This document shows, one piece after another, positions 52,452 through 64,000 of a stretch of DNA of 64,000 nt. The stretch is from an uncultured Gemmatimonadales bacterium (lineage in GTDB: Bacteria; Gemmatimonadota; Gemmatimonadetes; Gemmatimonadales; GWC2-71-9): the NCBI GenBank assembly GCA_963844035.1, contig CAWJMT010000009.1, positions 81,798 through 145,797 of the forward strand, given 5' to 3'. Made by a program: the position numbers and the translations under genes. Position 1 is the stretch's first letter. Every line of letters starts with the position of its first letter. The notes beneath the pieces were generated by a model, which was not told where the DNA came from, made no database searches, and saw only the letters and a list, made by a program, of their open reading frames with translations.

Positions 52452-52534
52452 TAAGATACGCACGAGTATCTTATCGCCGCGTTTCGGACCCCTCCTGGTG
52501 GCGACAAACAGCACCGATCAGTATCATTGATACT
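52452..52534. promoter_or_regulatory. Two palindromic operator-like sites upstream of the TetR gene
   Basis: TAAGATAC-N6-GTATCTTA (52452-52473) and AGTATCA-T-TGATACT (52520-52534). Confidence 0.55.
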
Positions 52535-52535
52535 T

Positions 52536-52943
52536 ATGGGTATCGTTCAACGCAGGCGCAAAGCCGAAACGCGGTCCCTCCTCTTGGAGGCTGGCCTGAA
52601 TGTATTCGCTGAACGTGGGATTGAGGCCGCGACCCTGGATGACGTGGCCGAGGCGGCCGGGTTCACCAAGGGGGCGATCTACCGGCAGTTCCGCTCGAAG
52701 GGCGCGTTTCTCCTGGGGCTGTTTGAGCAGTACGCTGCCGTGGCCCGCGCTGGCTCGGGGGCGCGGCAGGCGAGCTGGTTCGTCCCGCTCACCATCCAGT
52801 TCGCGGCGCAGGCAATCCGGGACCCGCTGCTGCGCCGGCGGTTCGCAATTGTCCTGGCTGAAGCGCCCGATGGACGCTCGGTCGAAGGAGACCTACTGAA
52901 GGCCCTGGCGCGCGTGCTGGGTGCACCGCCCCTGCCCTCTTGA
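52536..52943 (+). CDS. TetR/AcrR family regulator with a short C-terminal domain
   Basis: TRSLLLEAGLNVFAERG..ATLDDVAEAAGFTKGAIYRQFRSK. Confidence 0.88.
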   Translation: MGIVQRRRKAETRSLLLEAGLNVFAERGIEAATLDDVAEAAGFTKGAIYRQFRSKGAFLLGLFEQYAAVARAGSGARQASWFVPLTIQFAAQAIRDPLLRRRFAIVLAEAPDGRSVEGDLLKALARVLGAPPLPS

Positions 52944-53000
52944 AAAAGGCTTGATGGGCGCGTGGTACGCTGGACCCAACCCAATGTTGGGAGGGCAGCG

Positions 53001-53498
53001 ATGCGCAGGTTCATCAGCCGCAGTAAGACCGTTCTTCTCGCGCTCGGCCTGGTCGTCTCCGCGCGGGCGGGTGCCGCCCAAGTCGCGACCTCGTATCAAA
53101 TCGGCCTCCCGGCCGTGCCGCCCGAGCAACTGAGTATGGACCTGCTCATGGTCGGCGTCCGGGTCGCGTCCATCAAGCCACTCGTCCCGGGCATTGACTT
53201 CGAGTTCCTGCTGCTGCCCGCCGTCTTGGCCCAAGGCGCCCTAGTTTTCGGGTCGGGTCTCGACGCCACGTGCCCGCTGCCGATCAGTCGATCGGTCCTT
53301 ATCGCGCCGCGAGCGGGGGCCAGTGTACTTGTAGCTGCTGCGCCAGGTGGCCTCTACACCGAGCCGGGCTATAACGTCGGCGTCGGACTGGTGGGGCACA
53401 CGGGCGCGAAGACGGCGGTCCGGGTGGACATCGGTCGCCACTGGTTTGACGAGTACGGAGTCACCGTGGTTACGATCGGAGTGGTCACGGTGCCCTAA
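53001..53498 (+). CDS. Hypothetical exported protein, probable small beta-barrel
   Basis: Signal peptide (..ARAGAAQ), beta-strand pattern GYNVGVGL, VRVDIGRHWF; GGAGG upstream. Confidence 0.6.
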   Translation: MRRFISRSKTVLLALGLVVSARAGAAQVATSYQIGLPAVPPEQLSMDLLMVGVRVASIKPLVPGIDFEFLLLPAVLAQGALVFGSGLDATCPLPISRSVLIAPRAGASVLVAAAPGGLYTEPGYNVGVGLVGHTGAKTAVRVDIGRHWFDEYGVTVVTIGVVTVP

Positions 53499-53513
53499 GT
53501 GGGGTCGAGCCTC

Positions 53514-55527
<2,014 letters not shown>

Positions 55528-55613
55528 GGGCGGCAAATGTGGGGGTTTCGCTCCCCAATGCAAACGCCGCGTTCGGCATCGCTCGTGCGACGGGGGGCCC
55601 GTTTCTCGTTTGG

Positions 55614-55643
55614 TTGACAATCCCGAGTAAATCGCTTAGGATT
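55614..55643 (+). promoter_or_regulatory. Sigma70-type promoter of the suf operon overlapped by an Rrf2/IscR-like palindrome
   Basis: TTGACA (55614-55619), 17-bp spacer, TAGGAT (55637-55642); AATCCCGAG-N7-CTTAGGATT (55619-55643). Confidence 0.7.
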
Positions 55644-55746
55644 TCGACCAGGTACCTGCCCAAACCATGCAACTGCAGTCCTGTAAATGACTTCGGGCTG
55701 GTACATGGCTCGAAGTAGCACCTGCATCGTCTCATCGGGAGTCGTC

Positions 55747-57183
55747 ATGAGCAGCGGTATCGAAGCCCAAGTCCTGCAGCCATACAAATACGGATTCGTG
55801 ACCGACATCGAGGCGGATGTCGTCCGGCCCGGCTTGAGCGAGGACATCATTCGATTCATTTCGGCAAAGAAGGGTGAGCCGGAGTGGATGCTCGACTGGC
55901 GGCTCCGGGCCTACCGCAACTGGCTGAAGATGCCCGAGCCGCACTGGTCCCACGTGAACTATGGCCCGATCGACTATCAAGCGATCAGCTACTACGCGGC
56001 TCCCAAAACGATGCCGAAGCTCGACAGCTTGGACCAGGTGGATCCCAAGCTGCTCGAGACGTTCGAGAAGCTGGGGATCCCGCTCGGGGAGCAGAAGCGG
56101 CTCACCGGGGTGGCGGTGGACGCCGTGTTCGACAGCGTGTCGGTCGGCACCACGTTCCGGGAGACGCTCGCCAAGCAGGGGATCATCTTCTGCGCGATCT
56201 CCGATGCGATCCGCGAGCACCCGGAGCTGGTCCGGAAGTACATCGGATCGGTGGTGCCTCCCAATGACAACTACTTCGCTGCGCTGAACTCCGCGGTATT
56301 CACCGACGGGTCGTTCGCATACATCCCCAAGGGCGTGCGCTGCCCCCTGGAGCTCTCGACCTATTTCCGGATCAACGCCGGATCCACGGGCCAGTTCGAG
56401 CGCACGCTGATCATCGCCGAGGAGGGGAGCTACGTCAGCTACCTCGAGGGCTGCTCGGCGCCGATCCGGGATGAGCACCAGCTGCACGCGGCGGTGGTGG
56501 AGCTGGTCACGCTCGACGACGCGGAGATCAAGTACTCGACCATCCAGAACTGGTATCCCGGTGACGAGGAAGGTCGAGGCGGCATCTACAATTTCGTGAC
56601 CAAGCGCGGGAAGTGCATCGGCCGGAACTCGAAGATTTCCTGGACGCAGGTCGAGACCGGATCGGCGATCACCTGGAAGTATCCCGGGTGCATCCTGCAG
56701 GGCGACAACTCGATCGGCGAGTTCTACTCGGTGGCGGTGACCAACAATCGCCAGCAGGCCGATACGGGCACAAAAATGATCCACCTGGGCAAGAACACGC
56801 GCTCGACGATCGTGTCGAAGGGGATCTCGGCAGGCCGGGGGCAGAACACGTATCGCGGGCTCGTGAAGATCATGAAAGGCGCCGAGGGCGCGCGCAACTA
56901 CTCGCAGTGCGATTCGATGCTGATCGGTGACCAGTGCGGTGCCCACACGTTCCCGTACATCGACGTGCGAAACAGCACGGCGATCATGGAGCACGAAGCG
57001 TCCACATCGAAGATCGGAGAGGACCAGATCTTCTATTGCAAACAGCGCGGCCTTTCCGCGGAGGACGCCGTGAGCATGATCGTGAACGGGTTCTGCAAGG
57101 AGGTGTTCAAGGAGCTGCCGATGGAGTTCGCGATCGAGGCGCAGCGGCTCCTGGGCATCAGCCTGGAAGGCAGCGTCGGATGA
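55747..57183 (+). CDS. sufB: Fe-S cluster assembly protein SufB
   Basis: [64 protein letters not shown]. Confidence 0.97.
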   Translation: MSSGIEAQVLQPYKYGFVTDIEADVVRPGLSEDIIRFISAKKGEPEWMLDWRLRAYRNWLKMPEPHWSHVNYGPIDYQAISYYAAPKTMPKLDSLDQVDPKLLETFEKLGIPLGEQKRLTGVAVDAVFDSVSVGTTFRETLAKQGIIFCAISDAIREHPELVRKYIGSVVPPNDNYFAALNSAVFTDGSFAYIPKGVRCPLELSTYFRINAGSTGQFERTLIIAEEGSYVSYLEGCSAPIRDEHQLHAAVVELVTLDDAEIKYSTIQNWYPGDEEGRGGIYNFVTKRGKCIGRNSKISWTQVETGSAITWKYPGCILQGDNSIGEFYSVAVTNNRQQADTGTKMIHLGKNTRSTIVSKGISAGRGQNTYRGLVKIMKGAEGARNYSQCDSMLIGDQCGAHTFPYIDVRNSTAIMEHEASTSKIGEDQIFYCKQRGLSAEDAVSMIVNGFCKEVFKELPMEFAIEAQRLLGISLEGSVG

Positions 57184-57956
57184 GCCCACGCACGCCCTTG
57201 CTGCAGATTGAGAACCTCCACGTCGCGGTGGAGAGCAAAGAGATCCTGCGCGGCATCGACCTGACGGTCGAAGCGGGCGAAGTGCACGCGATCATGGGGC
57301 CGAATGGCTCGGGCAAGAGCACGCTCGCCCAGGTACTTGCCGGCCATCCGGCGTTTACCGTGACCGAGGGAAGCGTCCGCTACCGCGGCGCCGACCTGCT
57401 CGCCCTCAAGCCCGAAGAGCGGGCCCGCGAAGGCGTGTTCCTCGCGTTCCAGTATCCCGTGTCGATCCGGGGCATCACCAACGCCTACTTCCTGCGCGCG
57501 GCGCTCAATGCGATCCGCAAGCAGCGGGGTGACGAGGAGCTCGGACCGGTCGAATTCATGGACCTGCTCGAGGCGAAGCTCAAGGTCATCGGCTGGGACG
57601 ACAGCTTCCTGGACCGGCCGGTGAACGAAGGCCTGTCGGGGGGTGAGAAAAAGCGCAACGAAATTCTCCAGCTGGCCGTGCTCGAGCCCAAGTTCGCCAT
57701 TCTGGACGAGACGGACTCCGGGCTCGATATCGACGCGCTCAAGACGGTGGCTCACGCGGTGACGCTGTTGCGGCGCCCCGACAACGCCGTCGTGCTCGTC
57801 ACCCACTACAACCGGATTCTGACGCACATCGCGCCGGACTTCGTGCACGTGCTGTCGGGTGGGCGGATCGTCAAATCCGGTGGGAAGGATCTTGCGCTCG
57901 AGCTCGAAGCGAAGGGCTACAACGAGTGGGCGCGGGACGAGGCACCCGTGGCATGA
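57180..57956 (+). CDS. sufC: Fe-S cluster assembly ATPase SufC
   Basis: [42 protein letters not shown]. Confidence 0.97.
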   Translation: MSPRTPLLQIENLHVAVESKEILRGIDLTVEAGEVHAIMGPNGSGKSTLAQVLAGHPAFTVTEGSVRYRGADLLALKPEERAREGVFLAFQYPVSIRGITNAYFLRAALNAIRKQRGDEELGPVEFMDLLEAKLKVIGWDDSFLDRPVNEGLSGGEKKRNEILQLAVLEPKFAILDETDSGLDIDALKTVAHAVTLLRRPDNAVVLVTHYNRILTHIAPDFVHVLSGGRIVKSGGKDLALELEAKGYNEWARDEAPVA

Positions 57957-59294
57957 CGCAACCGGTGGACGTCACCGGCCGCTACGTCGCGGACTTCAGG
58001 AAATTCGCGGGCAATGGCGCCGCCGGCGCTCCCGGGTGGCTGAGGGAGATTCGCGAGGCGGCGATCGCCCGGTTCGCGGCGCTCGGATTCCCCACCATGA
58101 AACAGGAAGCGTGGCGATTCACGAGCACCGCGCCGATCGCGGAGACGCCGTTCGCGCTCGCTGGACGGGCAGGCGGCGCGCCCTCGGCCGAGCTCCAGGT
58201 GCTCTTTCTTGCCGGCCCGCGCGCGGCCCGCGCTGTGTTCGTGGACGGCCGCTTCGCGCCCGACCTCTCGAGCCTGACCGGTCTGCCTCCCGGGGTTCGC
58301 GCGGGGAGTCTCGCTGCGGCGCTCACCGCGGCTCCCGACCTGACGCGTGCCCACCTGGCGCACTACGCCCCTTACGAGACGAACGCATTCGCCGCGCTCA
58401 ATACCGCGTTTCTCGCCGATGGAGCGGTGATTCACGTGCCCGCGGGCGTGACCGTCGATCGGCCGATCGAGCTCGTCTTCGCCGCGTCGGGCAGCGGCGA
58501 CCCGACGGTGTCGCATCCGCGCAGCCTCGTGGTCGTGGAGCGCGGCGCCCGGGTGACGGTGGTCGAACGTCACGTCGCGCTCACGGACGGCGTCTATTGG
58601 ACGAATGCCGTCACCGAAGTCGCGGTGGGTGAGGGGGCACGAGTCGACTATTACCGTATCCAGAGCGACAGCCGCGTGGCGTACCACGTCGCGACCACGC
58701 ACACGACGCAGGGTCGGGACAGTACGCTGGCCTTGCACCCGATCACGCTCGGCGCCGGGTTGTCGCGGCACGACATTGCCACAACACTCGCCGGGAGCGG
58801 CGCCCAGCTGGTGCTGAACGGGTTCTACCTGCTGCGAGGCAAGCAGCACGCCGATCATCACACCGTGATCGAGCACGCGCAGCCGCATTGCACGAGCCAT
58901 GAGTTCTTCAACGGCATCCTGGGCGAACAGGCGCATGGCGTCTTCACCGGACGCATCATCGTGCGTCCCGGCGCGCAGCGCACCGATTCGAAGCAGACCA
59001 ACAACAACCTGCTGCTCTCGGGCGGAAGCCCGGGCCGACAGCCAGCCACAGCTCGAGATCTATGCGGACGACGTGAAGTGCACGCACGGCTCGACCATGG
59101 GTCCGCTCGATGAGACCGCGCTCTACTACCTGCGGAGCCGCGGCCTGTCGCCCGACATGGCGGCCGGCCTGTTGACCTACGGCTTTGCCGCCGAGATCCT
59201 CGGGCGCATGGAGCATCCGGAGCTGCGCAACGAGCTCGATCTCGTGATCCGCGCGCGCCTCGCGGACCGCTCCTCGGGCGGGCGGCGGGTCTGA
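57953..59294 (+). CDS. sufD: Fe-S cluster assembly protein SufD; apparent frameshift near 59025
   Basis: GFPTMKQEAWRFT, FAALNTAF, VFTGRIIV..AQRTDSKQ..NNLLLS, PQLEIYADDVKCTHGST. Confidence 0.93.
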
Positions 59295-60525
59295 GTGCTC
59301 GACACCGCCCGTATCCGGGCCGACTTCCCCCTGCTGCGCGAGCTGGAAAACGGACACCGGCTCGGTCTATCTCGACAACGCGGCGACCACGCAGAAGCCC
59401 GAGTCGGTGCTGCGGGCGATCGCCGAGTACTATCGCACCACCAACGCCAACGTCCATCGCGGCGCCTACGACCTCGCCGTACGGGCGACGGAGGCGTATG
59501 AGGCCGCGCGGGCAAGCGTTGCACGGTTCGTGAACGCCTGGGCGCCGGAAGGCGTGGTGTTCACGCGCGGCACGACCGAGGCGATCAACCTGGTGGCCAA
59601 CGCGTACGGCCGGGCCAACGTGCGCGCCGGGGACACGGTCGTGGTGACCGCCATGGACCATCATTCGAACCTGGTGCCCTGGCAGATCCTCTGTGAAGAA
59701 AAAGGCGCCACCATCTCGATGGTGGAGATCACGGAGGATGGCCGCCTCGACTTGTCCGATTTCGGGCGGGCGCTCGAGCGCCGGCCGAAGATCGTCGCGT
59801 TCCCGTACGTCTCCAATGCGCTGGGAACCGTGAACCCGGTGGCACAGCTCGTCCGGCTGGCGCACGCCGCCGGGGCGGTCGTGGTGGTCGACGGTGCGCA
59901 GTCCACGCCGCACCTGCGGGTGGACGTCCAGGCGCTCGATTGCGATTTCTACGCGCTGTCCGGCCACAAGATGCTCGGGCCGATGGGGTCGGGCGCGCTC
60001 ATCGCCAAGCCCGCGCTGCTCGAGGCCATGCCGCCGTATCAGGGCGGCGGCGAAATGATTTCGCGCGTGTGGGACGATCATTCGACCTACAACGCGATCC
60101 CGCACAAGTTCGAGGCGGGCACGCCCAACGTGGAAGGCGCGGTCGGGCTCGCGGCGGGCATCGCGTACCTCGAGGCCGTCGGCCTGGAGCGGATCGCCGA
60201 GCACGAGGTCGCGTTGGCGCGCGCCGCCATGGAGCGGCTGAGCCAGGTGGAGGGCATCACCTTGTATGGGCCCCGCGAGCATCGCGCCGGGGTGGTCTCG
60301 TTCACCTACGGGGACATTCATCCCCACGACCTGGCGACGATCGTCGATCAGGACGGCGTGTGCATTCGGGCCGGCCATCACTGCACCCAGCCCTTGATGC
60401 GACGCCTCAACGTCGCGGCGACGGCGCGGGCGTCCTTCTACCTCTACAACGACCACGACGACATCGACGCCCTGGTGGGCTCGCTGGTCAAAGCTGGAGC
60501 GCTGTTTGGATACGTCCCGGCCTGA
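59295..60525 (+). CDS. sufS: Cysteine desulfurase SufS; apparent frameshift near 59365
   Basis: IRADFP, YLDNAATTQKP, NVHRG, HHSNLVPWQ, DGAQS, SGHKM, IRAGHHC. Confidence 0.95.
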
Positions 60526-60950
60526 GCCGAGGCTCAGCGCGCTCTACCAGGAGTTGATCCTCGATCACTACCGGCGGCCCCGCAACAAAGGGGTGCTCGA
60601 GCAGCCGACCCACGCGATCGTCTTGAACAACCCCCTGTGTGGCGACGAGATCGAGTTGCAGCTGCGCATGGACGGGGATGTGATCAAAGAGGTGCGATTC
60701 ATCGGTCGCGGCTGCTCGATCAGCCAGGCTGCCGCTTCGATGATGACGCAGATCGTGAAGGACAAGCGGCTGGCCGACGCGCTCGCGTTGGCGGACCGGA
60801 TGAGCGCCATGATGCGCGGCGATGAGTCGGCCGCCGCCGACAAGGGGCTGGGCGATCTCCGGGCGCTCGCCGGGGTCGCGAAATTCCCGGTCCGCGATCA
60901 AGTGTGCGTTACTTCCCTGGAACGCGCTCAAGGACGCCGTGAAGTCCTGA
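60506..60950 (+). CDS. sufU: SUF system NifU-family protein SufU; apparent frameshift near 60895
   Basis: LYQELILDHY..PRN.G, NPLCGDEI, GCSISQAAAS; corrected end KFPVRIKCALLPWNALKDAVKS*. Confidence 0.92.
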
Positions 60951-61930
60951 CGGACGCCTCCGCGGCCGGCCTGCCCCGCCCCGCGCCCCTCCCGCCTGCC
61001 CTTGTGTTGGACCATATCACCAAACGGTTCGCGGGTCACACGGTGGTGGACGACCTGTCGCTCACAGTCCCGACGGGCGTCATCTACGGATTGCTGGGTC
61101 CCAACGGAGCGGGGAAAACCAGCACCATCCGGATGATGCTGGACATCCTCCTCCCGGACGCAGGTCGCGTGCGGTTGTTCGGGGGATCCGGCACGGCGCG
61201 GGATCACTCGGATCGGATCGGGTACCTCCCCGAGGAGCGGGGGTTGTACCGCCGGATGCGGGTGCTCGATGTCCTGGTGTTCCTCGGCGAGATGAAGGGG
61301 GTCGACCGCCGGGCTGCACGCGCCCGCGCGCTTGCCTGGCTCGAACGCCTGGGACTGGGCGGGTGGCACGCCCGTCGCGTTGACGACCTCTCCAAAGGGA
61401 TGCAGCAGAAAGTCCAGTTCATCTCGACCCTGCTCCACGACCCCGCGCTGGTGATTCTGGACGAGCCGTTCGCCGGCCTCGATCCCGTGAACGCCCAGGT
61501 TCTCAAGGATGTCGTCCTGGATCTCCGCAACAACGGGGTCACGGTATTGCTGTCCACGCACGTCATGGAGCAGGCCGAGAAATTGTGCGACCAACTGTGC
61601 ATCGTCGCGCACGGCCGTAAGCTCGTGGACGGTCCCCTGGCGGAGATCAAGCGCATGCATGGTGGCCAGCATCTGACCATCGGCTTCGACGGGCGCACGG
61701 ATACGGCCGCCCTGCGGATCTTCGCCGACCGGCGGCTCGTGTCCAAAGTCGACGACTACGGGCAATACGCTGAAGTCGAGCTCCCATCCGGCACCGATCC
61801 ACAGGAGCTGCTGCGAGAGCTGGTGCAATCGGGCGTGCGGCTCGCGCGCTTCGAGCTGGTGGAGCCGTCGCTGCACAAAGTTTTCATAGACTTGGTGGGC
61901 GCCGAACGCGGGGAGACGCCGCGTGCGTAA
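60947..61930 (+). CDS. ABC transporter ATP-binding protein (NatA/YhaQ-like; start uncertain)
   Basis: GPNGAGKT, GYLPEERGLY, LSKGMQQK, ILDEPFAGLDP, STH. Confidence 0.9.
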   Translation: MTDASAAGLPRPAPLPPALVLDHITKRFAGHTVVDDLSLTVPTGVIYGLLGPNGAGKTSTIRMMLDILLPDAGRVRLFGGSGTARDHSDRIGYLPEERGLYRRMRVLDVLVFLGEMKGVDRRAARARALAWLERLGLGGWHARRVDDLSKGMQQKVQFISTLLHDPALVILDEPFAGLDPVNAQVLKDVVLDLRNNGVTVLLSTHVMEQAEKLCDQLCIVAHGRKLVDGPLAEIKRMHGGQHLTIGFDGRTDTAALRIFADRRLVSKVDDYGQYAEVELPSGTDPQELLRELVQSGVRLARFELVEPSLHKVFIDLVGAERGETPRA

Positions 61931-63184
61931 GGTTTGGGCGGTGATCCGGCGCGAGTTTCTCGAGCGGGTGCGCCGCAAGTGGTTCTGGGTCTCGGCTCTG
62001 CTCGGTCCGATTTTCTTTGCCGCGGTGTTTCTGTTGCCGGTCGTGTTCGCGTCCGCCGGCGGAACCAAGCGAATCGCCGTCGTGGACGGCACGAACGCGG
62101 ACTTCGGCGCGCGGGTCATCGCCGCTCTGAACGCCGGCACCACGCTCCGCGGTGTCCTCGTAAGCGCAGGCACCAGCGTGCTCGATTCGCTCATGGGAGA
62201 GGTCGGTGCCAAGCGCCTCGACGGTGTGCTGATTCTCTCGGAGGATGTGGTGGCGACCGGGGTGGCGGAGTACCGGGCATCGAGAACGTGTCGGCGCTGC
62301 GCGATATCAAGGAGCTCGAGACCATACTGTCGAGCGTGGTCACGGCGGCCCGGCTCGAGCGTGCGGGTGTCGATCCGGACGTCCTGACGCGGGCACGGCA
62401 AGGGATCACCCTCATCACGACCAAAGTCTCCGGGTCGCATGCGACGGGAGAAAGCGCGGCGCAATCGTTCTCGCTGGCGTACTTCATGGCGGTCATCCTG
62501 TACATGGCGATCGTGATGTACGGCGTGAACGTGAAGAGCGCGGTGCTCGAAGAGAAAACGACGCGGATCGTCGAGGTGCTGGTGTCGTCGATCCGGCCGT
62601 TTCAGCTGCTGCTTGGTAAGGTCCTCGGTGTCGGAGCGGTGTCGCTGTTTCAATTCCTGCTCTGGGGGATTGCCGCGAAGGCCCTGCTCGGCGTGGGGTC
62701 GGCGCTCGGGGGGCATTGGGGCGGTCTCGACACGCCGGAGCCCCTGTTTCGGATCCCGCAGGTGTCGGGCGCAACGGTCTTCATCTTTCTCGCCTACTTC
62801 ATCGGCGGGTTTTTCCTGTACGCCGCGATGTTCGCCGCTGTAGGCGCAATGTCTTCGAACGAGCAGGAGGCCCAGCAGGCACAACAGCCGATTGTGTACC
62901 TCCTGGTGGTCGCGTTCCTCTCCATGTTCGCGCTCCTCAACAATCCCGAGTCTGCCCTCGCCGTGACATTGTCACTCATTCCCTTCACCTCCCCGATCGC
63001 AATGCCGGTGCGCTGGGCGGCGGGCGACCTGCCCGCGCTGGAGCTCGCGGCTTCACTCGTTTTGCTCGCGGTGGGGATCGTCGGCGCCACGTGGGTGGCG
63101 GCGCGGATCTACCGCGTGGGGATTCTGATGACGGGAAAGCGGCCCAGCGTGAGGGAATTGGTTCGTTGGGTCAAGGAGGCGTAA
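61923..63184 (+). CDS. ABC-2 type transporter permease (NatB/YhaP-like); apparent frameshift near 62280
   Basis: RREFLERVR, VLEEKTTRIVEVLVSS, LLGKVLG, FFLYAAMFAAVGA, SLIPFTSP..MPVR, RIYRVGILM.GK. Confidence 0.9.
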
Positions 63185-63198
63185 GGAAATGCACACAC

Positions 63199-63740
63199 CT
63201 AGACGTACAGGCGCATAGACGCACAGCGGTGAACAGTTGTGAGTGAGTAGGAATGGTTCGCAGTGCGGGCCAATGGTTGGGTCCCCAGTGCTCCTCGAGC
63301 GATTGTGCAGAACCATGCCGATCCATCACACACTCAAAGCCTGGCAGCACGCGGAGCGACTAGCGGTAGAGTGTTCCAAGGCCGCCCAGTTATTCCCTGA
63401 CTGCGAGCAGAGCGTACTCGCCGACCAGCTACGACGAGCTGCCTACAGCATCCCCCTCAACATTGCTGAAGGGTGCGCCAGGAAGGGGACCCGGGAGTAT
63501 CGCCGCTACCTCGACATCGCGTGGGGCTCATTGGCGGAAGTTGAATCCGCCTTGGCCATCGCGCGCGATGTCGGGTACTTGCGTCCCGCGGAATTCGGAC
63601 GACTCGAGGCCCTTGCGACCGAGACGGGCAAGACCCTGTTCGGTCTCTTGCGGAAGATCAGCGGGACCGCAGGGAAGCCCATGCAATCCCGTTGACTCCC
63701 GCCTGTTGACCGCTGCGCGTCTATGCGACTATGCGTCTAG
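63199..63740. repeat. 38-bp imperfect inverted repeats flanking the four-helix-bundle gene
   Basis: Left arm CTAGACGTACAGGCGCATAGACGCACAGCGGTGAACAG (63199-63236) vs reverse complement of 63703-63740 CTAGACGCATAGTCGCATAGACGCGCAGCGGTCAACAG: 33/38 identical. Confidence 0.85.
63315..63695 (+). CDS. Four helix bundle protein (23S rRNA IVS protein/Avd-like family)
   Basis: LKAWQ.A, FP..E...L.DQLRRAAYSIPLNIAEG, EY.RYL.IA.GSLAEV. Confidence 0.92.
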   Translation: MPIHHTLKAWQHAERLAVECSKAAQLFPDCEQSVLADQLRRAAYSIPLNIAEGCARKGTREYRRYLDIAWGSLAEVESALAIARDVGYLRPAEFGRLEALATETGKTLFGLLRKISGTAGKPMQSR

Positions 63741-63758
63741 TTGTGTAGCTTCCTCCCC

Positions 63759-64000
63759 ATGCCTGTTGACTATGACGTAATTGTTGTCGGCGCCGGCCAT
63801 GCCGGCTCCGAGGCCGCCGTCATGGCTGCGCGATTGGGTGCCCGCGTCCTGCTCCTGACGTCGAACCTCGATACCATCGGCCAAATGAGTTGCAATCCCG
63901 CGATCGGCGGAATTGCCAAGGGGACCGTGGTGCGCGAGGTCGATGCGCTCGGCGGCGTGATGGGGCGGGCCGGTTGACCGGGCCACGATCCATTTTCGTA
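63759..64000 (+). CDS. mnmG: tRNA uridine 5-carboxymethylaminomethyl modification enzyme MnmG/GidA (partial; indel near 63970)
   Basis: [50 protein letters not shown]. Confidence 0.93.

Noticed and set aside
52193..52514. Short ORFs in the ferredoxin-TetR spacer
   Set aside because: No motifs or convincing RBS; the region is better explained as divergent promoters and operators.
55732..57189. Long antisense ORFs opposite sufB (likewise opposite dnaA, polA, grdC and the MMPL gene)
   Set aside because: Typical stop-poor antisense frames of high-GC coding DNA with no recognisable motifs.
60971..61003. Possible further 8-mer array at the start of the ABC ATPase gene
   Set aside because: Too degenerate to distinguish from ordinary Pro/Ala-rich GC sequence.
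60506..61930. Apparent SufU-ABC ATPase fusion
   Set aside because: A one-base shift near 60895 restores the conserved SufU end (RIKCALLPW) and a stop at 60950.
63199..63740. Classical IS element or diversity-generating retroelement
   Set aside because: No transposase or reverse transcriptase, no template/variable repeat pair and no clear target-site duplication seen; kept only as an unexplained inverted-repeat cassette.

Overview
GC-rich bacterial chromosomal window spanning the replication origin. Gene style (GWxTD protein, several Hanks-type kinases, this type of pilin) suggests Gemmatimonadota, which is an inference. Roughly twenty genes, including essential dnaA, yidC, mnmE and sufS, carry single-base frameshifts. 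These look like long-read assembly indels rather than pseudogenes. Left to right: (1) a tetrahydromethanopterin/methanofuran-type cofactor biosynthesis cluster (citG-like, PTPS, mfnF, mfnE, mfnB, atypical SDR, pterin carbinolamine dehydratase, DHPS-like, pabB, pabA, DUF447, mptG). (2) mnmE-yidC-yidD-rnpA-rpmH, dnaA, oriC with DnaA-trio repeats, and dnaN. (3) A compact selenocysteine-dependent glycine/betaine-reductase-like operon (grdE-like, grdB[Sec], grdC, thioredoxin, grdA[Sec]) with no grdD and altered catalytic motifs; the ORF track splits both selenoprotein genes at in-frame TGA codons. (4) Envelope and signalling genes, RNase P RNA, pyrE, polA, pilin, MMPL, a radical SAM enzyme, rnd, ferredoxin and TetR. 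(5) TPP riboswitch-thiC, an atypical def, and sufBCDSU. (6) An ABC exporter, a four-helix-bundle (IVS/Avd-like) gene enclosed by about 38-50 bp inverted repeats built from 8-mers, and the start of mnmG. Similar arrays of 7- and 8-mers, several as inverted pairs, lie in frame inside pabB, mnmE, yidC, mtgA and thiC. The best candidates for an undescribed system are this repeat/four-helix-bundle element family and the atypical Grd-like selenoenzyme operon.
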